Position numbers and translations under genes: made by a program. Shown in pieces: positions 1 through 12,617 of a stretch of 64,000 nt of DNA (position 1 is the stretch's first letter; every line of letters starts with the position of its first letter). Source of the stretch: Raja brachyura (taxonomy: Eukaryota); assembly GCA_963514005.1 (NCBI GenBank), contig OY740790.1, forward strand, positions 46,376,001 to 46,440,000, given 5' to 3'. The notes beneath the pieces were generated by a model. That model did not search any database, was not told where the DNA came from, and was given only the letters and a program-made list of their open reading frames with translations.

Positions 1-2293
1 CCCTCACCTCGGCCAGTCTGACCACCTATCCCTCTTTCTCACCCCAGCATACAGACCTCTTATCGTGAAAACAAAGCCCAGTGTGAGAAACATAAAGACT
101 TGGCCTGAGGACGCTGCTGCTCAACTTCAGGATTGCTTTGAGCGCACCGAGTGGGATCTTTTTGCAAATCAGGACATAACAGACTATACATCCACAGTCA
201 TGTTCTACATACAGAACTGCATCAATAACATCACTATCGACAGAGAGGTTAGGTGTTATCCAAATAGCAAACCATGGATGACCAGTGAGGTCAGGAAGCT
301 GCTGAGGGAACGCAACTCAGCCTTTGGATCTGGCAATGATCAACTGTACAGCACTGCCAGATCCAAACTGAAGAGAGCCATCAAAGAGGCAAAGGCAGCC
401 TATGGAAGAAGACTAGAGGGACACTTTAATGAGAGGGACCCCCGGCGTGTTTGGCAAGGTATCCAGCAACTTACCAACTACAAGGGCAACAGGGGGTTAA
501 CCACCAGCAGCAGTAGTAACTTGCTGGCTGAGGAGCTTAACCACTTTTTCGCCCGTTTTGAGCTGAGTAAGGCGGAGCGTGTGCCTGCAGCCGCATCCAG
601 CACTGACGACCTGGCATTCACTGTGAGCACAGAGGATATCAGGAGAGTACTCCGCAGCGTCAACCCCAGGAAAGCTGCTGGCCCAGATGGCATCCCAGGG
701 AGAGTACTGCGGGATTGTGCAGACCAGCTGGCGGAGGTATTCAGCGACATCTTTAACCTCTCTCTGTCAACATGCACTGTCCCTAAATGCTTCAAGACTG
801 CCACCATTGTGCCTGTTCCGAAAAAAAAACATCTATCACCAGCTTGAACGACTACAGACCTGTTGCTCTCACTTCAACTGTGATGAAGTGCTTTGAGAGA
901 CTGGTCCTGGCCCACATTAAATCATCACTCCCACCCACCCTGGATCAACATCAGTTTGCATACAGAGCCAACAGGTCAACAGAAGACGCCATCAACATGG
1001 CTCTACATTCTGCACTGACTCAGCTGGAGCGCCCCGGCTCATATGTGAGGATGTTGTTTGTAGATTTTAGTTCTGCATTCAATACCATCATCCCCAGCAG
1101 AATGGTGGACAAACTGTTTGACCTGGGTGTAAATGCCAATACATGCAAATGGATCAAGGACTTCTTAACAGACCGCCCACAGACTGTCAGGATGGGGTCC
1201 AATCACTCCCCAGTCCTGACGCTCAGCACAGGGGCGCCACAAGGCTGTGTGCTGAGTCCTATTCTCTACACAATCTACACTCATGACTGCACACCGACAC
1301 ACATCACAAACCGGATCATTAAGTTTGCGGATGACATGACTGTGGTGGGGCTGATAAATAACAACGACGAGTCTGCCTACAGAGATGAAGTCCAAAAACT
1401 GACTGTCTGGTGCACTAACAATAACCTGGCACTCAACTCAACCAAAACAAAAGAACTGGTTATTGACTTCAGGAGGAGGAGAGAAGAACCTGCTCCTCTT
1501 TACATCAAAGGAGACATGGTGGAGAGAGTCACTGACTTTAAGTTTCTGGGCACATACATCTCCCAGGACCTTACATGGACAGTGAACACCATCACTCTCG
1601 TAAAGAAGTCACAGCAGCGGCTATATTTCCTGAGGACTCTGCGGAGAGCAAACGTCTCACAGCAGCTGCTGCTGTCCTTCTACCGGTGCGCCGTGGAAAG
1701 CATCCTCTCCTATGGCATCCTGGTGTGGTTTGCTAGCTGCACTGTGGCTGGAAGGAAGGCACTACAGAGGGTTATTAAAACAGCACAGAGCATCATAAAC
1801 ACTCAACTACCCTCCCTGGAAGACATTTACAAGGCCCGATGTTTACGCCGGGCGAGAAACATCACACAGGACTCATTCCACCCTGCCAACCACCTTTTCA
1901 ATCTGCTGCCCTCTGGGAGGCGATTCGGGTCTTTGAAGGCCCGCACTTGCAGACTAACTAACAGTTTCTACCCACGTGCCATTAGAGAACTTAACTCAAA
2001 CAGATAACTCTACGGGCAACACTACACAATTCGGGGTGCAAATAAAAATTTGTCTGCTAGAATGTGCAATATAATGTGCATTTTTTATTATCTATTACTT
2101 ATTTTATGCATTGATCTTGTAGTAAATGTAAATGTAAGACTAAATGGTTGTTTGTGTTATTGTGTTTTTGTTCTTTTTTAAAACTTTTTATCCCGTGTTT
2201 TTTATTGTTTACCATTGAAGGGGATGCACATGAAATTTTGTTGTACAGTTGATGTGCAATGACAAATAAACGTATTTGATTTGATTTGATTTG
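1..2293 (+). mobile_element. Rex1/Babar-type non-LTR retrotransposon, young copy running off the window start
   Basis: ORFs 65-847 and 787-2007 carry [47 protein letters not shown] and KFADD motifs; one frameshift at the A9 run (821-829); 3' end AATAAA followed by (ATTTG)n. Confidence 0.93.
65..2007 (+). pseudogene. LINE reverse transcriptase ORF split by one homopolymer frameshift
   Basis: Two overlapping ORFs join into a continuous RT (...[17 protein letters not shown]...) with no other stop. Confidence 0.85.
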
Positions 2294-2774
2294 GGTTAGG
2301 AGTTGAAGTTTAGTTAAATCTACGCTAGTTTGTGCTAGATCAAACTGTAGAATGCGTGGCCTTCTTGGCTAGGTGTAAAGAATGTGAAAGGATTCTTTTA
2401 TGCAGCTCTAATATCTTCCAGTTGATTAAGCACAACATTTCAACATGGTCCCAAGGCAAAATAAAGTTGTTTTATCACCATGAGAACATCACTGTTAGCT
2501 ACGGGGCCTATTAATTCCACATTTTCCCACTGAAATACTGAGCTGCAATGGAGGGAGGCTACGTCATATACAATAACTAGACCTTTAAGAATTAAACTTC
2601 ATAATCCTAAAAATTCTTTAAGATTCTATATCAAATTCAGTTTTGAATTTGCACTTGTGTACTGTGTACAAATCTGTTCTACCCATGCACGAGCGACTTA
2701 CAATTCTATTCTTCATGTACTGAACCACAGGCAATCAGCTCAATGCTAGAATTCCCAATACAGGTGCTTCAGAA

Positions 2775-2968
2775 ACAGAAACATAGAAAATAGGTGCAGG
2801 AGTAGGCCATTCGGCCCTTCGAGCCTGCACCGCCATTCAATATTATCATGGCTGCTCATCCAACCCAGTATCCCTTACCTGTCTTCTCTCCATACCCCCT
2901 GATCCCTTTAGCCACAAGGGTCACATCTAACTCCCTCTTAAATATAGCCAATGAACTGGCCTCAACTC
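2775..2968 (-). mobile_element. CR1 LINE 3' tail fragment
   Basis: Reverse complement of the 3' end of the CR1 copy near 24290-24475 (GGCCGAATGGCCTACTCCTGCACCTATTTTCTATG). Confidence 0.85.
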
Positions 2969-3429
2969 AAGAACAAAGCGATTGACTGTAATTCCAAATT
3001 GCAAGAATGATCAAATCTGAATCACCACATTTTTTTAATTGATGCTTATTTTAAAACCTGTAGGAGCAGGGACTTAACATTTTAGTGGCAAATTAAGTAT
3101 TTGGAAGCCAAAATAATATATCTGGGCAATCAAATCTGTCATGCATCTCTGGAGTTGTTTAATCTTAAAACTGATTTAATTTGTTTCCAACTTTAATTAA
3201 TATCCATTAATAAAGCTCTACATTAAAAGGATAAATGAAATGTACAAATAATTAGTTTCATGAGATTAGCACATAGAATAATTGAGCAGTGCTGCACTTT
3301 GCCCCAACCTCCGTTAATCTGTTACTGAAACATTCAACCATCCTTTTGCTAGCTCAAGAATAGTCGACTGTATATATATAGCTGGTTTATCTCATTTATT
3401 TTCTACCTGGTAAATGAAGTCATCTGAAA

Positions 3430-3700
3430 TTCCATCTCTAATCAAGTCCTGTTCATCCATCACCATCGGTGTGCAATGCTGACAATGACTGCCACTTCAT
3501 CAAAGACTCAATTAGAAAATAGTCACCCAGGTTTTCAAACCCCTTACTGATCACTATCCCCTAAATATCTATGTAACTTCTTCAACTCTTCCACCATTGT
3601 TAAATGTTCTACCTTTATTTTCATAAAAACGAATTCTAGGATCAAGCTTTTGCCTGATAGGTCAGACTCCAACATTTGTATACTAAATTTGAAATATTTT
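3430..3700 (+). mobile_element. Very degenerate L2-like LINE 3' remnant
   Basis: Weak resemblance to L2 C-terminal motifs (HITP..., FKIL...FK.L...P.YL) across frames. Confidence 0.35.
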
Positions 3701-3920
3701 TGCAATAGTCAATCACTGTATAAACATAAGTTGTAATTGTTGTCAAAGAAAATTTGAGAGTAGGCGTTTTGTCACAGCATAAACAATGCTGAAAGTGAGC
3801 ACTTTATAACACTCCGTGGCATGACAAATGAAAACTGTAGTAATTGCAGTAATTCTAGAGCACTTGAACTTATACAATATGCTCATAGGAAAAACCGGTC
3901 AAGCAGCAGGTTGTAACTCC

Positions 3921-4132
3921 AGGGCCTATGCCACTTGGGCGTCATTTGCGCGTCACGCAGATGGCTCGCGAAGATTTTGTACATCCCAAAATCCTGGGGC
4001 GCTGCGCACGACCACGCGTCACTGCCAACATCACCACGCACCATGCGCGCATCACATGCATGTCGTGCGTCGTGACGCGTAAATTATGTCGTGTAAATGA
4101 CGCGCAAATGATGCACAAGTGGGACAGGCCCT
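3921..4132. mobile_element. PIF/Harbinger-type MITE
   Basis: TIR AGGGCCTATGCCACTTG...CAAGTGGGACAGGCCCT; flanks TCC/TCA (3-bp TSD, 1 mismatch); CpG-rich self-complementary interior. Confidence 0.8.
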
Positions 4133-4329
4133 TCACTGATCTAAATCCTGAGCGATTGCACAAGACGGGTGACTGGTAATAGGAGAAGGACAGAGTCAAG
4201 TAGTGGGGAATAAAATGAGTAATATTTAAAGCAAACCCTTCGTTATGCACTAATTGTTATATATCCATTCAAAGTTGTCAATTGAATGTGAAAAATAGTG
4301 AATTAATATTAATATGTTCTCCAGAGCTA

Positions 4330-4680
4330 ATTGGGTAGCACTCTAACCTATGAGCCACGGATGATATCTCCACTTACGAGACTTAATCAAAAAATTAAAG
4401 TCAACATTTCTGGGAGTAAGGCAGCACTTAAGGCAGCAGTCCACTGGTGAAGGTGCCATATTTTCGATAGAATGTTAAATTGGTCCGGCTTGGTCTTGCA
4501 CTTCCAAACAGTGGCATGATTTGGAAGTGCAACACGGAAATTAGCAAAGGCTTCCTGATCAATGTTGATCTCTCAATCAGCATCACTTAGAGACAAGTTC
4601 ATTGATTGAATTATTCAGCTCTCCCGTCTCACATTGCACAAAAGCACTTTGGGATCGTCTGAGGTCCAAGTTTTTCTTTC
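4330..4680 (+). mobile_element. Old Deu-domain SINE (SacSINE1/AmnSINE-like)
   Basis: GGGTAGCACTCT head, GGTGCCATATTTTCGATAGAATGTTAAA Deu-like core, AAAGCACTTTGGGATCGTCTGAGGTC tail. Confidence 0.55.
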
Positions 4681-4759
4681 TCAACTTAAAAAACAAGATT
4701 CCTTGACAATCAGCTCCTGAGACTCTGCAGCAAGAATCTGACCTGCGACAGATTCCTCT

Positions 4760-5890
4760 TCATTAAGTATAGCTTCACTATCAACTCCACAATCCTAACC
4801 AAACTCATCCCCAAACTCCAGATGTGGGAGTCATTACCTCACCACTGCCACCAGATCCTTTACTTCATTGATCTATAGACCACAATCACTGAGGATAGGT
4901 GACGAAACATCCTCCACAATAATTCTCAACAGTAGTTGAGACACAAGGATGCATTCTCAGCCCCTTACTATACTCTCTATAGACTCACGACCGTGCGGTT
5001 AAATTTTGCTCCAACTCAATTTACAAGTTTGCAGATGACACCACTGTAATGCTCCGGATCGTCAACAATGCTGGAATGCTGGAACTTAGTTACAGGGTGT
5101 CAAGATACAACCTCTCCCTCAGTGTCAGCAAGACGAAGGAGCTAGTTATGATCTTCCAAAAGCATGGAGTACACACCCCGATCAGCATCAATGGTACCCA
5201 TGTGCAGATGGTCGAGAGCTTCAAATTCCTTGGCATTGATATCATCATCAATTTGTTCTGGACCACATTGAAGCAACATCCAAGAAAGCACACCAACAGC
5301 TCTACTTCTTAAGAAGACTAAGGAAGTTCGGCTAAGTGTCCAACAACACTTACCAACTTCTACAAAAGCACTGTAGAAAGCAGCTTTTGGGATGCATCAC
5401 AGGTTGGTTTGGCACCAACTCAAGACAACATGCAATTGCAGAGTTGTGGATATAGCCCAGTATATCACACAGGCCAGCCTCGCCACCATTGACTTAATCC
5501 ATACGTCACACTGGGTCAGAAAAGCAGCCAACATAATCATGGACTTTTTTCATCCCAGTCATTCACCTTCGCCCCTCTCTCTTGGGGCAGAAGATCCAAA
5601 AACATAAATGCACATACCACCAGATTCAGGAACAACTCCTTCCCTGCTGTTACCAGACAACTGAACAGTCTTCCCATAAGCTAGGGTGTAGTATCCATCT
5701 TCCAACCAACTTCACTGTAGACCATTGCACTTTTTCTCTGTAATGCTGTGAAATTGCATTATGCATTCTGGTATTTTTCTCTTTGCACTACCTGTTGTAC
5801 TTGCGTACAGCTTGATTGTACTTGTAGCATGGTTTGACTGGATAGCATGCAAACAAATCTTTTCACTGTATTCTGATACACATGATAGAG
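4760..5890 (+). mobile_element. Degenerate Rex1/Babar LINE 3' fragment
   Basis: [28 protein letters not shown] and VESFKFLG motifs with stops and frameshifts. Confidence 0.8.
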
Positions 5891-6561
5891 TGGCCAACAC
5901 TGATGCTCAGCTATGCTTCAGCTTTGAAGAGAAAGAATGTATAGGTTGTTATTGGGGATAAGGGTATGTCAAAACACATCTTTAATTAAAGGTCATCCAC
6001 GTGCTAAGCAAAGAGATGCACAGTGTGCAACATAACGAAGGCTTATATTTAATCTGCCAGTCACTTGGCAGGGAGCAGACTCATTTCATAGTTATACTAA
6101 TACAAATTAAATATTCAAAAGGAAGATGTCAAAAATTATTCACCATGAGAAAATGGAAATGTATGTGGACAGATAGTAATCAGCACAATTTATTCATGTG
6201 GCTTTTTTTCCCATAACATAATTAAGACAATGTCTCAATGTTACTTGTGCAGAATAATATTAAATGGCCTAAGGCAATATTATTTGCCTAAAATCGGAAT
6301 GAATTCTGAAGAGTCCATAGATGGCATGAAGGCTCAATATTATGCCGTCTTTAATGTCATATCTTGATATAAATACCGGATATATTGTTTTAGGAGCAGG
6401 ATTCACTTATCATTTACAGATTTATCAATAATTGGAATATTTGTAGATTCAGAGTCAGCCCTCACAATATTAATTTTGGATATCTGGGTTCTCTGTCCTC
6501 AGATGCCTTCAAACAATCCCTGTTAAATAGTTTATCCCAGAAACAGTGTTTGAACTTTCAA

Positions 6562-6728
6562 CGGTAGACAAAGATGCTGGAGAAACTCAGCGGGTGAGGT
6601 AGCATCTATGGAGCGAAGGAATAGGTGACGTTTCGAGTCGAGACCCTTCTTCACACTGATATGGGGTGGGAGAGCGGGGGCATGAAGACCATTATTCCCA
6701 CCCTCCTATACCCCACATCAGTCTGAAG
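6562..6728 (-). mobile_element. Penelope-like pLTR fragment with partial fold-back
   Basis: GGTAGACAAAGATGCTGGAGAAACTCAGCGGG...GACGTTTCGAGTCGAGACCCTTCTTCAC, followed by an inverted piece ending CAGTCTGAAG. Confidence 0.75.
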
Positions 6729-6739
6729 CAGGGGCATTA

Positions 6740-7000
6740 TTTTATGAGGGGAAAGATTGAATAGTAACTGGAGGGGCATCTTTTTCACATAGGGAGGTGG
6801 GTATATGGAACAAGCTGCCAGAGGATATTTGAGGCAGGTACTATAACAACATTTAAAATAAATTTGGACAAGTACACAGATACGATACGGTTAGATGGAT
6901 ATGGATCAAACACAGGCAGATGGGACGAGTATAGATAGTGCATCTTGGTTGGCATGGACAGATTGGGCTGAAGCACCTGTTTCTATGCTGATTAACTCTA
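6740..7000 (+). mobile_element. CR1 3' tail fragment
   Basis: WNKLPE-coding stretch plus GGGCTGAAGCACCTGTTTCTATGCTG tail. Confidence 0.7.
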
Positions 7001-8351
7001 TATTACAATAACACAGTGAAATCCTAAAGTGGCTACATTTCACAAAGTGCTTGCAAGTGTGTCCAGCATAGGTTTATGTTATGTAACACAATAGTTTATT
7101 TATCTATTTCTTCATTTGTTCATTTTTAAGGATATGGGCGTCATTGACAACACCAGCATTTATATCCTATCCTTATCTGCCCATAGGAATGCGATACTGA
7201 ACTAATGACATACACATCCCCTCATAAAAATAAATACATTTTAAAAAGACAGCTTGGATGAGCTGAAATTTACAGACATGAGTGATGAGAAAGGCCAAAA
7301 TAACATTTCGATGAGTTTAGAGGTGAAGGAGGAATGTTTGAGCCTTTCACTGATATAAAGGCTGAATTATTGTATGGGCAAGCATCATTATGCAAGTGGT
7401 GGATCTTATATTGAACATGATATGATTTAGAGACCCAGTTCTACATGAATGCAATGCCTCTGGTGGTTAACTGTTAAGTTAATGCATAAGAATAAAAACA
7501 GCTATTATCTGTGCTCGGTTAATTGGAAGAGTTTTTTCTTGATTCTCCAATTGTTCAATTGCAAATAATATTTGCCATATTACTCTCTACAACACAAAGC
7601 AGAAATTGGCTTCTTTCCTATAGAAAAAAAATGAGCAGCTGTGTTCTAACACTGAGAAACATAAGCACAATATCAAGAGGAGAATGCTCATTGTGATCAG
7701 CTCAACTAATTAGAATTGTTGCAGGCTGTTAGTAAAGAAGTCCAGCCAATTCTAAGCATCTCGGAAAGGTTTCTTCTGTATCCAAAAAAAGCCATCACAG
7801 ATGGAATGCTGCAGCATATTTAGCTATCACAGCCTGAAGATGACATAAAGCTGACTGCAACAGTTGGACAAAATCCAGTAGGATGCAATAAGATGTGATG
7901 TGCCTGATCAATTTAGGTCAGTTCCCAATCTTGGTCGAAGTGGAATGCTGCACCTAATGTATTTATGCATTCTGGAGAACTGGACATTGCTTGCATTTGC
8001 TTTTTGCAGCCAACTGATCTGAGACACTGATGATGGTCATTCAAAATGATCCTCTTTTACCATTTTGGAGAGCTGATTCTACATTGACTCAAAGGCTAAG
8101 AAGGAATAGTGATATACTTCCAAGTTAGGAAGATGTGCTGGAGTATTGGCGTACTCAAGCTATTTCTGTCCTTTCCCTTTGTAGTGTCGGAGGTCATGGA
8201 TTTGGCACGTTCTCCTGAAGAAGCCCGAGGCTGATAGACAGGATTAATTGCAGTCACAAAATGTTGGTGGTGGAGACAATTACATTTAGACTTGCTCTGT
8301 AGATACTACAAAATCAAAGACCCAGTAGATTTTTAAATGATTACTCCTTAC

Positions 8352-8443
8352 CTGTGTGCCCTGGCAGCGGTGAATGCGGACGCGGCAGCGTTGGCGAGGT
8401 GCTCGAAGTCACAATTAGGCTCTTCCGGTTATTTGTACGGCAA
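8352..8443 (-). CDS. MAST2: Constitutive coding exon of microtubule-associated serine/threonine kinase (N-terminal region)
   Basis: Acceptor tgttttag and donor CAG|gtaagg; 92 nt, phase 2 to phase 1; translates [30 protein letters not shown](G). This nearly matches recalled MAST2 [31 protein letters not shown]; IVTSSTSP and GHTG favour MAST2 over MAST1. Confidence 0.93.
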
Positions 8444-8899
8444 CTAAAACATAATAAAGCAAATGTTCAAGAAACTATGAAGCACAAATAAACCATTTTT
8501 CTTGTATCTTCTTCCAAGACTACAATTTTTACTCAGTATATTCGAAGAGTTTTATTCTATTCTCCTTGTCTTAAAATATGAATAATATCTGGTACACCGT
8601 GCAATGCAATTAATTATAAGGCTGAAGTTAGCTTCCCAAGAATTAAATAGCCATGCGTGTATCAAAATCTGCTGACCAACTTTATAAACAGTATCTATAC
8701 AGTGCTCATAGTGTGGCAAAATCTTTCACAATGCTTTGCAAGAGTCTCACCAAACACCATTCAAAACCATAGCATATAAGGAGAGAGTAAGGCCGCTCTT
8801 GCACAGAAAAATATATAATTATGAGATTACATGAGGTAGTGGTGGAGAAGCAGAGGAGACATTAATAAAGATGTTAGATCCTGGGAAAGAATAGGGTTT

Positions 8900-10155
8900 C
8901 ACCTAACTGGAGGCCTCTCACCATGTAACTTGCCAGCAGTACCGAGAAATCTCAACACTAAAGCTGGATCACTGTACAGCAGGGCCTATCAGGGACAACA
9001 GAAACTCATATGTCAGGCTGTTATTCATTGACTACAGCTCGCCGATTAACACCATCATCCCCTCCAAGCTGCTAACCAAACTCTCTGATCTGGGTCCCTG
9101 CGCATCCCTCTGCAATTGGATCATTGACTTCCTCATTCACAGACCACAGTCTGTTTGTATTGGTGGAAATGTGTCAGACTCGATAACAATCAGCACGGGA
9201 GCACCTCAAGGCTGCGTGCTCAGCCCCCTGCTGTACTCGCCCTATACTCATGACTGTGTAGCTGGACATAGTGCGAACTCCATCATCAAGTTCGCCGACG
9301 ACACCACTGTTGTGGGATGAATCACTGATGGTGACGAGTCAGAGTATAGAAGTGAGATCGACCAATTGACAAAATGGTGCCAGCACAATAACCTGGCTCT
9401 CAACACCAGCAAAACCAAGGAACTGATTGTGGACTTTGGAAGGGGTAGGATAGGGACCCACAATCCCGTTTATATCAATGGGACGATGGTGGAAAGGATC
9501 AAGAACTTCAAATTCCTGAGTGTGCATATTTCAGAAGATCTTTCCTGGTCCCAGAACACTGATGCAATTATAAAGAAAGCACATCAGTGCCTCTACTTCC
9601 TGAGAAGATTACGGTCAGTCGGTATGTCAAAGAGGACTCTCTCGAACTTCTATAGGTGCACAGTAGAAAGCATACTGACTGGTAGCATTGTGACTTGGTT
9701 CGGCAACCAAGCGTCCAGGAACGGAAAAGAATGCAGAAAGTTGTGACCACTGCCCAGTCCATCATCGGCTCTGACCTCCATCGAAGGGATTTATCGCTGT
9801 CGCTGCCTCAAAAAGGCTGCCAAAATCATCAAGAACCCACACCATCCTGGCCACAAACTCATCTCTCCGCTGCCATCAGGTGGAAGGTACAGGAGCCTGA
9901 AATCTGGTACATCCAGGATCAAGAACACCTTCTTCCCCACAGCCATCAGGCTATTAAACTCGCCATTAAACAAACTCTGAACTATAACAGCCTATTGCAC
10001 TTTATCTGTATATTTATGTGTATATATATAGTCAATGCTATATAGACACACTGAACTGTTCTGTATTTATGCTTACAATACTCTGTTGTGCTGCAGCAAA
10101 CAAGAATTTAATTGTCCTATCTGCGACACATGACAATAAAATGTCTTGACTTGAC
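8900..10155 (+). mobile_element. 5'-truncated Rex1/Babar LINE
   Basis: [34 protein letters not shown] and WCQHNNLALNTSKTKELIVDF; ends AATAAA...CTTGACTTGAC. Confidence 0.88.
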
Positions 10156-10444
10156 TATCCACTAATGTAAAGATTCCACCTCCCAGCAGCATGCTGAGGG
10201 ACCAGGCTCATCAATGAGCAGACAGTCAGGAGGTGACTTGCTTGGTGATCAGGAAAATGATCCACTGATCCAGCCATTTTCCCACTGAAAATGATGGTAA
10301 AAGTTAGTCTTGCAATTGCCATTTTGTGAGTTAGACTTAGGAAACAGAAGTGCGAGTTGGCTATTCCACACTCTGCTATACAATAAGAATATAGCTGATC
10401 TTTTGGCTCTGTGGTGCATCCCTTTCCAAACCCAATATCCCCAA

Positions 10445-10815
10445 TCTCCCAGTTGCTTCAACTTCCCCTCCCATTCCCAATCTGACCCTTTCTGTCCTGG
10501 GCGTCCTCCATTGTCAGAGTGAGGCCCAGCGCAAATTGGAGGAACAGCACCTCATATTTCACTTGGGTAGTTATACCCCAGCGTTATGAACATTGACTTC
10601 TCTAATTTCAGATAGCCCTTGCTTTCTCCCTCCTTCCCCACCCCATCCCCCCCCTTACCAGTTCTCCTACGTCCTACTGTCTACGCTTACTTTTTATCTT
10701 TTTCCCACCCCCCCTCCCTGACATCAATCTGAAGAAGGGTCTCGACCTGAAAAGTCACCCATTCCTTCTCTCCATAGATGCTGCCTCACCCGCATCTCCA
10801 GCAATTTGTGTCTAT
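10445..10815 (+). mobile_element. Penelope-like element 3' end (GIY-YIG C-terminal remnant plus pLTR)
   Basis: FNFPSHSQSD...LHCQSEAQRKLEEQHLIFHLG...MNIDFSNF, then CTGAAGAAGGGTCTCGACCTGAAAAGTC. Confidence 0.82.
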
Positions 10816-11550
10816 CCCTCACTTAATATATCCGTCCTATTTTACTCGATGACTGAGTTTTCACAGCACTCTTGGGCACAGAATTCCAATGATTCAAAAC
10901 CATAGCACATAAGGCCTCTCGATTAAATTATTTTCCGATGTCAGTATAACCGACTGACCCATCATTTTGGGGGATCCAGACAAAAGGGGAGACTACAAGA
11001 ACATCTTAAACATGCAATCACTGTTCTGTCAACAAAACCACATGAAAATATGGAGACCTTAGCCGAATTCCATTGTGCTTTCTCAAAATTGAATCTTATA
11101 AACTGATCATCCATTTTATCAATATTTGAATTTCACAAGTATAAAACAAAAATAAACAGATTTGCTTACCAAAGACAGGGTATGTGATGCATTAATTCTG
11201 AATAGGCTTGTGCCGATTTGTAGATGAATGAAAATATAAACAACGAGAAATTCAAACTATTCAATTTAAATTTTCAGAAATTCCATTAAATAAGACAAAA
11301 ATGGAACAAAATCTGGTCTGCCATCTGAACATTTCCTGCAGCTACACTCACTTTCTGCAGCCCTGCAGCCACAATTGAACTTGAACTAAGCACTAGTTAG
11401 GCTGTCGTACACATAGATTACAAGCAGCAACTAGACATCAGTCAGAGGATCTTTGACCTCCTTCTCTCCCCTACGAGCTGATATCATCCTGATGGCCCTT
11501 CTACTAATGGCCATCAGTATGGCCCTTCTATTCCAATCTACTGATGGCCA

Positions 11551-11620
11551 GTAGACAAAAATGTCTCCAACATTTTTGTCTACCTTCAATTTTCCAGCAT
11601 CTGCAGTTCCTTCTTAAACA
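11551..11620 (+). mobile_element. 70-bp Penelope 3'-terminal insert with tiny hairpin
   Basis: GTAGACAAAAATG...CATTTTTGTCTAC hairpin, then CCAGCATCTGCAGTTCCTTCTTAAACA; flanks ATGGCCAGT/ATGTCCAGT. Confidence 0.7.
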
Positions 11621-11996
11621 TGTCCAGTGACAGAATAGGTTATCTGATGTCCTGATGTCCAGATGCAATCCACATCTACAGAAATCAGAAACAAGCTGAT
11701 CTGCATTTGTAGATAGCTGGTAGTTCAACAGCATGTTCTAGCTGTTTTGGGGAAAATTGTGCTGAATCTGTGTTAACCCAAGGCCTTCTTAGACCAAAGG
11801 GTACGGTTGACATGGATTTTCCAATCGACGTGAAAGATAATAGCGATCTAACACTTTAAATACTATGGATCAGTGCATCCACCTTCTCACGAAGGAAAAT
11901 TGTAGAATACATTTTTTAGGTTGAGACTACTGGATTGCATCACAGTGCCAACTTTGTGTGCGGACGTGGCGCCGATGGACGAGAGGCTGAGCAAAG

Positions 11997-12220
11997 AAGC
12001 CAAAGAACCGAATGGAATCAAGGCCGAAACGGCAATAAACCGAAAGAGTACGAAGACAAAACGCCTACTAACTGAAAGGGTGGGACACCTAAATGCAAAC
12101 TAACCGAAAGGGCGGGATGCCTAAAAGCCAACAAACTGAAAAGCTGCATTGCCGAACAGCAAACTTACCGAATGGCCGCTCTGTCGAAACGCCACCTACC
12201 CGAAAGGCGGCGTCGCCTAC
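11997..12220 (+). repeat. 14 x 16-bp degenerate tandem array ending in (C)CGAA-like motifs
   Basis: Units such as TGGAATCAAGGCCGAA, ACGGCAATAAACCGAA, ATGCAAACTAACCGAA and AGGGCGGGATGCCTAA; no indels. Confidence 0.85.
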
Positions 12221-12617
12221 ACTGATAAAAAGGACCGACTGCCGCTCAACAGAAAAGTCCAATAACGGACATGACGTTGCCAGGGGGCAGGACTTGTCAG
12301 CGATTGGTCCAGACCCCCGCGTCCATCAGATCACTGTGAAGGGATGAACATTGTCCCACACCTCCGCTCCACCCGACCCACAGCACGCGGAGGGTGACCG
12401 TGGGAGAGTGGGGGCTGTCGCGAGGGATGCGCACCTTCAGCCAGTTTCAACTTGGTGCTTGGGTTCAGATTGCCCAGTCACCTATGGCTTGTCTGGGAAA
12501 AATTACCCCCATGCTCCCATCCCCCCCTTCGCTCTCTCTCCCCCCCTCTTCTCTCTCTCCCCTCTTCTCTCGCTCCCTCCCCTTCTCTCTCCCTCCACCC
12601 TCTCCCTCCCTTCCCAC

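Noticed and set aside
1-8351. Next MAST exon (NSPLDSPRNFSP...)
   Set aside because: Not found by eye; it probably lies beyond the window start. The upstream KELSLPRRGS exon was also not seen.
11997-12220. CRISPR-like repeat/spacer array
   Set aside because: The conserved part is only ~5 bp, the 'spacers' are ~11 bp and related to one another, there are no cas genes, and the context is eukaryotic.
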